From contig NC_083423.1 in the NCBI RefSeq assembly GCF_020745735.1, positions 32,426,001 through 32,490,000 of the forward strand: a stretch of 64,000 bases of DNA, written 5' to 3'. Made by a program: the position numbers and the translations under genes. Position 1 is the stretch's first letter. The number at the start of each line of letters is the position of its first letter. Positions 12,560-23,990 of the stretch are shown in pieces. Below the pieces are notes generated by a model that saw nothing but the letters and a program-made list of their open reading frames with translations, was not told the DNA's origin and searched no databases. The stretch comes from Hemiscyllium ocellatum. Lineage: Eukaryota.

Positions 12560-15449
12560 ATGGGTGGGACCCTGGGAGATAGTGAGGAAAGAGATCAATC
12601 TGAGACAGGTACAGCTGAGAACAGAAGCGAGTCAAACAGTCAGGGCAGGCAGGGACAAGGTAGGACTAATAAATTAAATTTTATTTATTTGAATGCAAGG
12701 GGCCCAGGGGGAAAGACAGATGAACTCAGGGCATGGTTAGAAACATGGGACTGTGATATCATAGCAATTACGGAAACATGGCTCAGGGATGAGCTGGACT
12801 GGCAGCTTAATGTTCCAGGAAGCAAATGCTGCAGGAAGGATAGAAAGGGAAGCAAGAGAGGAGGGGGAGTGGCGTTTTTGATAAGGGATAGCATTACAGC
12901 TGTGCTGAGGGAGGATATTCCCGGAGATACATCCAGGGAAGTTATTTGGGTGGAACTGAGAAATAAGAAAGGGATGATCACCTTATTGGGATTGTATTAT
13001 AGACCCCCTAGTAGTCAGAGGGAAATTGAGAAACAAACTTGTAAGGAGATCTCAGCTGTCTGTAAGAAAAATATGGTAGTTATGGTAGGGGATTTTAACT
13101 TTCCAAACATAGACTGGAACTGCCATAGTGTTAAGGGTTTAGCTGGAGAGGAATTTGTTAAGTGTGTACAAGAAAATTTTCTGATTCAGTATGTGGATGT
13201 ACCTACTAGAGAAGGTGCAAAATTTGACCTACTCTTGGGAAATAAGGCAGGGCAGGTGACTGAGGTGTCAGTGGGGAAGCACTTTGGGGTCAGCAACCAT
13301 AATTCTATTAGATTTAAAATAGTGATGGAAAAGGATAGACCACATCTAAAAGTTGAAGTTCGAAATTGGGAAAGGCTAATTTTGACGTTATTAGGCAATA
13401 ACCTTCGAAAGCTGGTTGGGGGCAGCTGTTCACAGATGCTGGAAAATGGGAAGCCTTCAGAAATGAGACAACGAAAATCCAAAGAAAGTATATTCCTGCT
13501 AGGGTGAAAGGGAAGGCTGGTAGGTATCAGAAATACTGGATAGCGAGAGAAATTTAGTGTTTGGTTAAGAAAAAGAAGGACGAATATGTCAGGTATAGAC
13601 AGAAGAGATCGAATGAATTCTTAGAAGAGTATAAAGACAGTAGGAGTGTACTTAAGATGGAGGTCAGGAGGGCAAAATGGGGACATGAGAAAGCTTTGGC
13701 AATTACAATTAGGGAGAATCCAAATACAATAAGGACAAAAAGGTAACTAAGGAGAGAATAGAGCCCCTCAAAGATCAGCAAGGTGGCCTTTGTGTGGAGC
13801 CGCAGAAAATGTGGGAGATTCTAAACGAGTATTTTGCATCAGTATTTACTGTGAATAAGGACATGGAAGATATAGAATGTGAGGAAAAAGATGGTGACAT
13901 CTTGCAAAATGTCCAGATTACAGAAGAGAAAGTGCTGGATATCTTGAAATGGTAAAAGGTGGATAAATCCCCAGGACCTGATCAAGTGTACCCTAGAACT
14001 CTGTGGGAAGCTAGGGAAGTGATTGCTGGGTCTTTGCTGAGATAGTTTATCATCGATAGTCACGGGTGATGTGCCAGAAGACTAGAGGATGGTTAATGTG
14101 GTGCCACTGTTTAAGAAGGGTGGTAAGGACAAGCCAGGGAACTATAGACCAGTGAGCCTGACGTCAGTGGTGAGCAGGTTGTTGGAAGGAATCCTGAGGT
14201 ACAGGATGTACATGTATTTGGAAAGGCAAGGACTGATTAGGGATAGCCAACATCGCTTTGTGCATGGGAAATCATGTCTCACAAACTTGATTGAGTTTTT
14301 TGCAAAGTAATAAAGAAGATTGATGAGGGCAGAGCAGTAGATGTGATCTATATGGACTTCAGTATGGCATTCGACAAGGTTCCTAATGGTAGATGGTTAG
14401 CAAGGTTAGATCTCATGGAATACAGGGAGAACTAGCCATTTGGATACAGAACTAGTTCAAAGGTAGAAGACAGAGGGTGGTGGTGGAGGGTTGTTTTTCA
14501 GACTGGAGGCCTGTGACCAATGGAATGCCACAAGGTCGGTGATGGGTCCTCTACTTTTCATCATTTACATAAATGGTTTGGATGTGAGCATAAGAGGTAT
14601 AAGTTAATAAGCTTGCCGATGACACCAAAATTGAGGTGTAGTGGACATCAAAGAAGGTTACCTCAGATTACAACAGGATCTTGACCAGATGGGCCAATGG
14701 GCTGAGAAGTGGCACATGAAGTTTAATTCAGATAAATGCGAGGTGCTGCATTTTGGGAAAGCAAATCTTAGCAGGACTTATACACTTAATGGTAAGGTCC
14801 TAAGGAGTGTTGCTGAACAAAGAGACTTTGGAGTGCAGGTTCATAGCTCCTTGAAAATTGGGTCACAGGTAGATAGGATAGTGAAGAAGGCGTTTGGTAT
14901 GCTTTCTTTATTGGTCAGAATATTGAGTACAGGAGTTGGGAGGTCATGTTGCGGCTGTACAGGACATTGGTTAAGCCACTGTTGGAATATTGCATGCAAT
15001 TTTGGTCTCCTTCCTATCAGAAAGTTGTTGTGAAACTTGAAAGGGTTCAGAAAAGATTTAAAAGGATCTTGCCAGGGTTGGAGGATTTGAGCTATAGGTA
15101 GAGGCTGAACCGGCTTGGACTGTTTTCCTTGGAGCGTCAGAGGCTGAGGCGTCACATTACAGACATTCATAAAATCTTGAGGGGCATGGATAGGATAAAT
15201 AGGCAGGGTCTTTTCCCTAGTGTGGGAGAGTCCCGAACTAGAGGGCATAGGTTTAAGGTGAGAGGGGAAAGATATAAAAGAGACCTAAGGGGCAACTTTT
15301 TTACGCAGAGGGTGGTACGTGTATGGAATGAGCTGCCAAAGGAAGTGGTGGAGGCTGGTATAATTGCAACATTTAAAAGGCATTTGGATGGGTATATAAA
15401 TAGGAAGAGTTTGGAGGGATATGGTCCGAGTGGTGGCAGGTGGGACTAG
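12560..15449 (+). pseudogene. CR1 ORF2 (apurinic endonuclease plus reverse transcriptase), several stops and frameshifts
   Basis: YLNARG, IAITETW, GGGVA, YYRPP, MVGDFNFP, SNH; PGNYRPVSLTS; SCLTNL; LADDTK; RTRGH..K; FFTQRVV.VWNELP. Confidence 0.93.
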
Positions 15450-15799
15450 ATTGGGTTGGGATATCTGATCGGCATGGATGGGTTGGAACGAAGGGTCTGT
15501 TTCTACTCTGTATATCTCTATGACTCTTAGACTGTAATATCTACTAACTAGATTGTAAGAATGAATAGCCTCCCTCCCAATCATTACAATTGGTAGAAGA
15601 TAATTTATTTTTTCTGGATCTCCAGTGTCATGCCCTAAAATCTCTTGGTCTCACTCCTTCTTTGTATGTGAAGATTGCAAATATCATTCTACACAAATTG
15701 CTCTTAATCAACATGTAAATGCTAAACATGCAGGAGTTCATTTTAATGCACACAGGCAAGTTTAAATGCTGTGAACCATCAATTAACACCAGATTTGGA

Positions 15800-16238
15800 G
15801 CAGCACAAAGCAAAACATTTGATCTGCGCTCTACTCATCACTTTCACCACTCATTCGATTCACCAGGGATGCTTGATGGCAACTCTATGTACTATCTAGA
15901 CGATACACTGCAGTAATTTACCCAAGTCCCCTTCAAAAACACATTTCAAACCTGCAATCTTTATCACCTAGAGGACAGAGCAGAAGATATATGGAACACC
16001 ATCGTGTGCAAGTTTTCTCCCAAACTACATATCCCTTCCAAACAATACATTCTTTCCTGATTTGTAACCAAATAACCATTCCTTCACTGTCTCTGGGTGA
16101 AAATTCAGAAACTCCACTCCCGACAGCATAGTTATTGTACTTATCTCCCCCCATGAAATGTAGTGTTTTCAGGCACCACCTTCTCAATGGTAATGAGGGA
16201 ATGGCTTAGCCAATGATGCCCATATCGTGTGAAATAAT
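15800..16238 (+). mobile_element. 3' end of a second LINE family (partner of the tRNA-SINE at 22300, 23685, 33650 and 54770)
   Basis: Ends caccaccttctc..ggcttagccaatgatgcccatatcgtgtgaa, the same tail as those SINE copies. Confidence 0.55.
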
Positions 16239-16254
16239 CATTTATATAAAAAAA

Positions 16255-17330
16255 GTTAAATGTGGAGAGTATGATAAAGGTGTTTGCAGATGACACAAAA
16301 GTTTGTAGAGTGGTAAGTATGAGGAGGTTAGCTCAAAACAGTTGAAGGATATGAATGGACGGGTCAGGTGGGCAGTACAGTGATCTATGGTATTCATCAC
16401 GGCATGGTGGCACTGTGGTTAGCACTGCTGCCTCACAGCACTAGTCCCAGGTTTGATTCCAGCCTCAGGTGACTGTGTGGAGTGTGCACATTCACCCTGT
16501 GTCTGTGTGGGTTTCCACTGGGTGCTCCGGTTTCCTCCACAGTCCAAACAAAAGATGTGCAGATCAGGTGAATTGGCCATGCTAAATTGCCCATCGTATT
16601 AGATGCATTAGTCAGTGGAAAATGGGTGGGTTACTGTTTGGAGGGTCGGTGTGGACTTGTTGGGCTGAAGGGCCTGTTTCCACACTGTAGGGAATCTAAT
16701 CTAATCTAATCTAAAAACCAAGAAAAATGTGAAGGAATATACTTTGGGAGGGTTAACAAGGCAAGGGATTAGACCATGAATGGTAGAACACTGAAAATTA
16801 AAGAAAATTGGTACGCATGACTGTGGATTCACGAAAGTAGCAGAACAGGTGAATAAGGTGGTTAAGAATGCATATGGGATACTTACCTTAATTAATTGAA
16901 GTATAGAATACAAAGCAGGGAGACTTTGCTGGAATTGTATGAAACACTGGTTCAACAATTAGCACACTGCTTGCAGTTCTGGTTACCACATTACAGAAAG
17001 GATATGATTGCACTAGAGAGGGTGCAGAATAGATTTGCCATGCTGTTGCCTGGGTTCAGGGGTCTGAGCGATGTGGAAAGATTGAATAGGCTGGGGTTGT
17101 TGTCCTTTGAACAAGAAAAGTTAAGAAGGGATTTGATAGAGGTGAAAGGCTAATTGAGTCAGAAATTCTTGTAAAATTGTCGCAATATTTTGATATTGAC
17201 AGATTTCCTCCAGGTCTATGGGTTAAGAGCTGAGAAATGGGATTAGTGTAATTCTGTCCTTGCTGACCAGCAGTACATGATAGGCTGAATGTCCTCCTTC
17301 TGTTCAACAATTAGTCCATGACTCAATGAA
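16255..17330 (+). mobile_element. CR1 RT fragment interrupted by an HE1 SINE
   Basis: FADDTK at about 16284; C.QFW.PHYRKD..ALERVQ.RF in ORF 16896-17153. Confidence 0.8.
16401..16713 (+). mobile_element. HE1-type tRNA-derived SINE
   Basis: A box tggcactgtgg, B box ggtttgattcc, V-like core gggtgctccggtttcctcc, CR1-like tail gaagggcctgtttccacactgt and (aatct)n. Confidence 0.88.
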
Positions 17331-17724
17331 ACTATTAACTGTGTATGTCCTGTTTGTAAAGCATCCACTTGGTTCTTGTTTTTAACAAATTGTGTCAATA
17401 TGATGACGGTAAAATTCATACAGTGTACCTTTTTACTCTCAGAAGTAATTTTTTTTTCTTAAAAGCCACAGATAAGCTCACAATAGAATTAACAGTTGGC
17501 GAAAAGGAATACAGTTAGTATTGCAAGAATAAACAAGTTTGCAAAGAGCAAACACACAAACTGCTGAACTTTACTGCATCACAATACATACATACATTTG
17601 TAGCCATCATTGTAGAACTAAGTGATTGGTTTTGCCTGCGTCAACTGGTTGTGCAACAGGGATACTTCAGATAAACAGGCCACGACAAATTCCATCGCCT
17701 GATAGCTGTAATAGTTATGTAAAT

Positions 17725-18682
17725 AGAAACACAGAAACATAGAAAATAGGTGTAAGAATAGGCCAATATCGCCCTTTGAACCTATACCACTATTCAATAC
17801 GATCATGGCAATCTCAGTATCCCATTCCTGTTCCCTCTCCAGGCCCCTTTAATATTTTAGCCACAAGGGCCACATCCACCTCCCTCTTGAATATATGCAA
17901 TGAACTGACTCCAACAGCTTCCTGTGGGAGAGAAGTCCACAGGTTCACAACTCTCTGACTGAAGAAATTCTTCCTCATCTAAGTCCTGAATGGCTTACCC
18001 CTGATTCTTAGACTGTATCCCTTAATTCTGGACTTCCCAAACATCAGGAACATTCTTCCTGCATCTAGCCTGTCCAGTCCCATCGAGATTTTATATGTTT
18101 CTGTGAGATCCCCCCTCATTCTTCTAAATTCCAGTGAGTACAAGATCTAGTCTTTCCTCATATGTCAGTCCTGCCATCCCAGGAATCAGTCTGGTGAACC
18201 TTTGCTGGACTCCTTCAATAGCAAGAATGTCCTTCCTCAGACTTGGAGACCAAAACTGTACACAATACTCAAGGTGTGGCCTCACGAAGGCCCTGTATAA
18301 CTGCTGCAAGATATCCCAACTCCTATACTCAAACCCTCTCACATGAAGGTTAGCATACCATTCACATTCCTCACTGCCTGCTGAACCTGCATGCCAACCT
18401 TCAATGACTGTTCCACCAGGACATCTAGACCTTGTTGCACCTCACCTTTTCCTAAACTGCCACTATTCAGATAATAATCTGCCTTCCTATTTTTAGGCCA
18501 AAGTGGATATCCTCACATTTATCCACATTATACTGCATTTGCCAAGTATGTGCCCACTCAGCCAGTCTGTCCAATTCATCCTGCAGCCTCTCAGCATCCT
18601 CCTCACAGCACACACTGCCACCCAGCCTAGTGTCATCTGCAAACCTGGAGATATGGCGTTCAATCCCTTTGTCCGAATCATT
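17725..18682 (-). mobile_element. CR1 3' fragment
   Basis: ORF 18124-18342 VRPHLEYCVQFWSP..RKDILAIEGVQQRFTRLIPG, FADDT motif, (atagaaac)n tail. Confidence 0.9.
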
Positions 18683-19776
18683 AACGTGGCATTCATAAAA
18701 AAAGTAACGTCATCTAATACTCACAGGAAATAAAGTAAGCCAATCACAATGAGCATATTAATCATAATCCGAAGTGAAATACAAAAGCCTGACATTTAGC
18801 CTCTTTTTGTGTGAGTTTTCTCCACTGCTAATTTAGAAAATGCAATCCTGATTTACTGAGGTCTATTTGGAGAATAATTTGTTCGTTAAAAATGGAAACA
18901 TGATTTTGTGCCTGTGCTTTCTTGTTCTCCAGCATTCACTAACTGGATTATTTTGGCAAACTGTTTTATGTTGCTGTAATTCTGCATTAAATTGACCAGT
19001 AAATGGTAGCATTTATGCCTGTTGATGCCAAATTTTCTGTTTTGCTCATCTTAAATATGCAAACATGAATTGAAAAGTGATATCCTATTAAAACACGTCA
19101 TTGGAGTGTTCAGGTTTTGGAAAACTAAACATGAGTCATACTGGATAAGGTGATGATGATTCTACCTTTATTTATTCCAACTGGGATAATTAGCATTTAC
19201 TTTGGGTCAGACCTGCCATCAATGTGCATACTGTGGAGAAAATTGTGAAGTGTTACGTTAGCGATGGAAAAAACACTGAGCAACGTAGAAAAGCTTTGTT
19301 TCTGAAAATATATGTTCTCTGTTTATTGACAGGCAAGGTAAAAGTAAAGTCATCATAGTCCCACTAGAGAGCAATGACTGGTGGTGAGTTTAACCTGAGG
19401 GCCATTGCACAACAGGTGAATGCAAGGTTGAGAAGGTAGGACTTTCATGGTGACCTCAGCCAGCACAGGAACTGAACTCACATTATTGATGTTACTGTCC
19501 ATCTCAAACAAGCCATACAGCCAACTGAGCTAACGGACAGATATATATCAGTGGAAATGAAACAAGGAAGAGAGAAAGTGTCAGCTGGAAGGAAGGAATT
19601 TTGCAAATAATACTTGTTTAAATGTGACAAAGGAAAAATGACTTTCACACCTTTGGCTCACCAAGCAGCCTGTGAATGAGGTGTGCTGTCTGAGCCACAG
19701 AGACCAGCAGATATCGTCAACCATTTGCTACGGTTTATCAGCAGCAATGAAGTTCATCAATCCCTTCAATTTTTAG

Positions 19777-19988
19777 TTAAAAATCACACAACACCAGGTT
19801 ATACTCCAACAGGTTTAATTGGAAGCACACTAGCTTTTGGAGCGATGCTCCTTCATCAGGTGACAATCACCTGATGAAGGAGCGTCGCTCCAAAAGCTAG
19901 TGTACTTCCAATTAAACCTGTTGGACTATAACCTGGTGTTGTGTGATTTTGAACTTTGTACACCCCAGTCCAACACCGGCATCTCCAA
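19777..19988. mobile_element. Penelope terminal-repeat fold-back element (family B) with a hammerhead motif on each strand, 12-bp TSD
   Basis: Perfect TSD ttcaatttttag at 19765-19776 and 19989-20000. About 85-bp inverted arms centred on ggtgacaatcacc. Confidence 0.93.
19868..19902 (+). ncRNA. Minimal type-I hammerhead motif (G12 mutated), with a mirror copy on the minus strand at about 19828-19862
   Basis: cac-CUGAUGA-a-GGAGC-guc-GCUCC-aAAA-gcUA^gug. Confidence 0.7.
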
Positions 19989-20194
19989 TTCAATTTTTAG
20001 GGCATACAATCCATTGAAGAATCAGATACTTTGCTTGCAAAGTTTTTGGGAATCTAATATCAGCACTTCTGTACAACAAAGCAGAGTTCAGATCATAAAG
20101 TGAAAGTATCTTATTTATTTTTGCAGTGATTTGATGAATTTGACACATACACTTTTCTGCATTATGACAGCTGTATGGTGGATATCCTGAGGGT

Positions 20195-21030
20195 CAAGCA
20201 GGAGCTAAATACACCCTGACCAGATATTCAACTACAGGAGCAATCATCCCAGCACCCACAAACGGAGCTGCTAAATAATCCACAACACACTGCAGCACCC
20301 AGGGACTAAGAGAAGCCAAGGAAAAACACCTATATAACATATTCAGGAACAAAGGGTATCCAGTAAACAGAGTCCACAGACTTCTACACAACAGACCGAA
20401 CAAGAAGACACAACATGCCCACAGATCTTAGCCACCCTGCCATACATTAAAGACATCTCTGAGATAACGAACAGACTACTCCAGCCCCAAGGTATCATGG
20501 TAGCCCATAAACCTAACACCACACTGAAACTTTAAATTCCTGATGAATTTAAAGGACCCTGTACCACCAAACAGCAGAGCAAACATCATACACAAAGTAT
20601 CCTGCAAGGACTGCAACAAACAGTATATTGGACAGACAGGCAGGAAACTAGCCGCCAGGATACATGAACATCAACTAGCCACCAAAAGACATGACCAACT
20701 ATCACGAATATCCATTCATAGATGAAGAGGGAAACCAGTTCGACTGGAACAATACATCCATCCTGGGACATGATAAACAAAGACATGCACTGGAATTCCT
20801 AGTGGCCTGGCATTCAAACCAGAACTCCATTAACAAACATATCGTTTTGGACCCCATTTACTAACCTCTCAGAAAAAGAACTGGAAGTGAGATCACCCAC
20901 CACAACAGACCAAGACAGATAAATAATAAGTGGGATAGCACACCAGCACTTCATCGAAGGCTCATGTTACCTAGCATGAAACATCTGAGAGCAAGTCTAC
21001 CAGCTCAGCGAGCAAACCTACAACCGGAGC
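20195..21030 (+). mobile_element. Penelope-like element 3' part (family D): RT thumb, GIY-YIG endonuclease, terminal repeat
   Basis: F.N.GYP, TLPYIK; LKDPVP...NIIHKVSCKDCNKQYIGQTGRKLAARIHEHQ; tail ccagctcagcgagcaaacctac. Confidence 0.9.
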
Positions 21031-21680
21031 TAAATAACTATAAGCTTTTTCCTTCATCAATCACCAATGTCTACATTGTTGATGTATGCATTATAAGAGG
21101 AAGTGATCCCTTAGTGATAGCAACATTTGTACATGGTCATAAAACCATAGATTATCAAGAAGGTCTGCTATGTAATATCTGCAGCTATTGGAGATTGATC
21201 TATCTCATTACCGATGGTTGCATTTGGTAAGAAGCAAAAGCTCATTAGTTGCACAGACAGACATCAGTCACTTCAGCAGTAACACATTAAAGGGACAGAA
21301 CTACTTCTAACGTGCACGTTAACTGTAATCCATACATTGAGCTATTTCAACACATTTCCACAGGCCCATAGTATTAATTTAACTCATGTGGCAGGGACAT
21401 AACCAGTTTGGGTCAGTTGCCTATTTCAAATCTGCACAACATTAACTTCAATGAAGAATAAAATGGGGGGATGGATACAAACTGGATAACAAACAATTTT
21501 CCCATATTAGTTCAGCATAACCTCTCTGTACTTGTACTCTATGACCCTATTAATTAAGCCTGCAATACTGTTGGCTTTATTAAGAGCTCATGTTATCTAT
21601 TCCACTAGCTTTAATGATGGTCCATATACATTGAGGTCTTTTCACTGCTATTCCTTTAGAATAGCACCCCTTATTTTGTA

Positions 21681-21915
21681 TCAAAATAGAAATTGCAGGA
21701 AATATTCAGCAGATCTGGAAGAATCTGTGGAGGGAAAACCAAGTCACTATTTTGGGTCCAGTGACCTCCTTCAGAACTAGCTCTGAAGAAGAGTCACTGG
21801 ACTCAAACATTGTCTCTGCTTTCTCTCCCCACATGCCATCAAACCTGCTGAGTTTCTGGGCCATTTCTGTTTTTGTTTCAGCTTTCCAGAATCTATCATT
21901 CTTTGTTTTCGGTTT
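21681..21915. mobile_element. Penelope fold-back hairpin (family C) with degenerate hammerhead
   Basis: Inverted arms. Core ctgaagaa-gagtc-actg-gactc-aaac at about 21783-21808. TSD 21666-21679 / 21916-21929 (12 of 14 identical). Confidence 0.8.
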
Positions 21916-22299
21916 ACCCTTTATGTTGTCTTTTCCTGTTCTTTGTATCATGGTGTATCACCTCACAAGTTTTCACAGTGAACTTCAATTTCTACTCCAC
22001 CAATGCATCAAAGTCCTTTTGAACTGCATTGTTCTCTGCACAGTGTACAATGTTCCTACTGATTTTTAAAAAATCACCTGCAAACTTGTGAATTGTCCCC
22101 AGCACACCAAGATCTAGGTCATTTACATGTGGAAAACTAGGGTCCCCAACACTAACCCGAGGGAGCTCCACTGTGAACCTTGCTCCAGCTTGAAAACTAC
22201 CTATTTGCCATTACCCTCTAGCTCCTATCTTTCAGCCAATTTGGTATCCACATTGTTGCTGTCCTTTTCATTCCATGAGCTATAATTCTTCAGCTTTTT

Positions 22300-22625
22300 T
22301 TTACTTTGTTCATGAGATGCAAGCATCACTGGCTAAGTCAGCATTTCCTAATGGCCGAGTGGGCTCTAAGAGTCGTCCATACCACAGTGGATGTGGGGTC
22401 ACACATAGGCCAGACCTGGTAACAACAGCATATTTCCTTCCTTAAAGGACATTAGTGAACCAAATGGTTTCTTGTGGCAATCAACAGTGGTTACATGGTC
22501 ACCACAGGCAAGATTTTAATCCAGATGTTTGGAAAATGGACTCAAATTTCACCACCTACAAACTCATGTCTCCAGAACATTACCCTGGGGTTCTGAATTA
22601 CTAGCCCAGTGGCATTTCCACCACA
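22300..22625 (-). mobile_element. tRNA-derived SINE (second family)
   Basis: Shares ttcc(c)taaaggacattagtgaacc with 23685, 33650 and 54770; LINE-like tail. Confidence 0.7.
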
Positions 22626-23684
22626 TCTTCCTACTTAGGGTATTGCATCAAACACCTTTTGGAAGTTCATGTACCTCATATCAATTGTGTCACCCTCATC
22701 AACCTTCCTTGCTACATTTTCACAAAAACCTTCAGCAAGTTAGTTAGCCAGGATTTTCCTTCGCAAATCCATGCTGACTTTTCTAAATTAACCCATAATT
22801 TTCCGTTTGACTATTCATCCAATCTCAAACAAAATATTTCTGCAAATTACCCAACTGTGACTTGTTCATAATGGTTAGGCTGATCTTTAATTGTTTTTAA
22901 CAAAGGTATAATGTTTGCAATTCTCCAGTCCTCTGGCATCACTTCCAAATTTAGGGAAGATTGAAATATTACTGTCAGTGCTTCTACAATTTCCACTCTC
23001 ACCCTCTTCAAAATCCTGGAGGCATCTCATCTGGTCTTGGTATTTTATCAACTTTAATTATTGATAATTGCCTAACATCTTCTCCTTATCAATTTTAAAT
23101 GCCTCTAGTGACTGGGTATTCTCCTCTGTCACTCTGGCTTCATTAGCACTGCCTCATAAATAAAGACATGTCTGCCATGTTCCCTGCCTTTAAGTGCAAA
23201 TCTATTTTCTGTTGTACACTAATCAGCGGCATTGGTCTTTCTACTATCTTTTACTATTGATGAGCCAATACAAGACTTGTGGATTCCCCTTTATGATGCT
23301 TCCCAGTCTTTTCCATGATCCCTAGTTGCTTGTCTTACTTACTTTATCACCTCCCTTCTGAACCTTTTGCATTCATATTAGTTCTCAATTGTATCGTTCA
23401 CTTGACACCTACCATAAGCACACGTTTTCTTCATTATCTTTATTCCCACCTCTTTTGTCAACCAGGGAGGTCTGGAATTGTTTATTTGCTTTTTTGTTTT
23501 GAGGGAACATACCTTGACTGTGCCGAACCATCTCTTTCTTGCAGGTAGCCCATTTGGTTCCAGTCTCTCCGATCCAGCTGTATTCTTGCCCCATTGAAGT
23601 TGACACTCTCCAGTTATTTACTTTTACCCCAGTTGTCAATTTTCATTTACCATCGACATTCTGAACCCTGATACTTTGTAAATT

Positions 23685-23990
23685 AACTCACGGGATTTGT
23701 GCATCACAACCTAGGTCAGTATTTATTGCCCAGAGGGCGGTTAAGAGTCAAACATCTTGCTGTGGGCCTGGAGTCACATATAACCCAGGTAAGGATAGTA
23801 GCGTTTTATTTTCCCCTAAAAAGCATTAGTGACCCAGGTGAGTTTTGATGGCCGTCATTAAATTCTTCATTCAAACTTATTGAATTCAGGTTCCAGTACC
23901 ATCTATGGCAAGTTTTGAACCCGGGTCTCTGGAACATTATCTGAATCTCTGGATTTATCGTCCAATGATAATAGGCCATTGCCTCTCCTC
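23685..23990 (-). mobile_element. tRNA-derived SINE (second family)
   Basis: ttaagagtca..cat..gctgtggg.ctggagtcacat; B-box complement tttgaaccc. Confidence 0.7.

Larger units (their letters stand above)
11060..15530 (+). mobile_element. Near full-length CR1 (HER1-like) LINE, disrupted
   Basis: Zinc finger plus SGNH esterase ORF1, APE-RT ORF2, 3' UTR ending ctctatgactct. The 5' boundary is uncertain. Confidence 0.93.
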
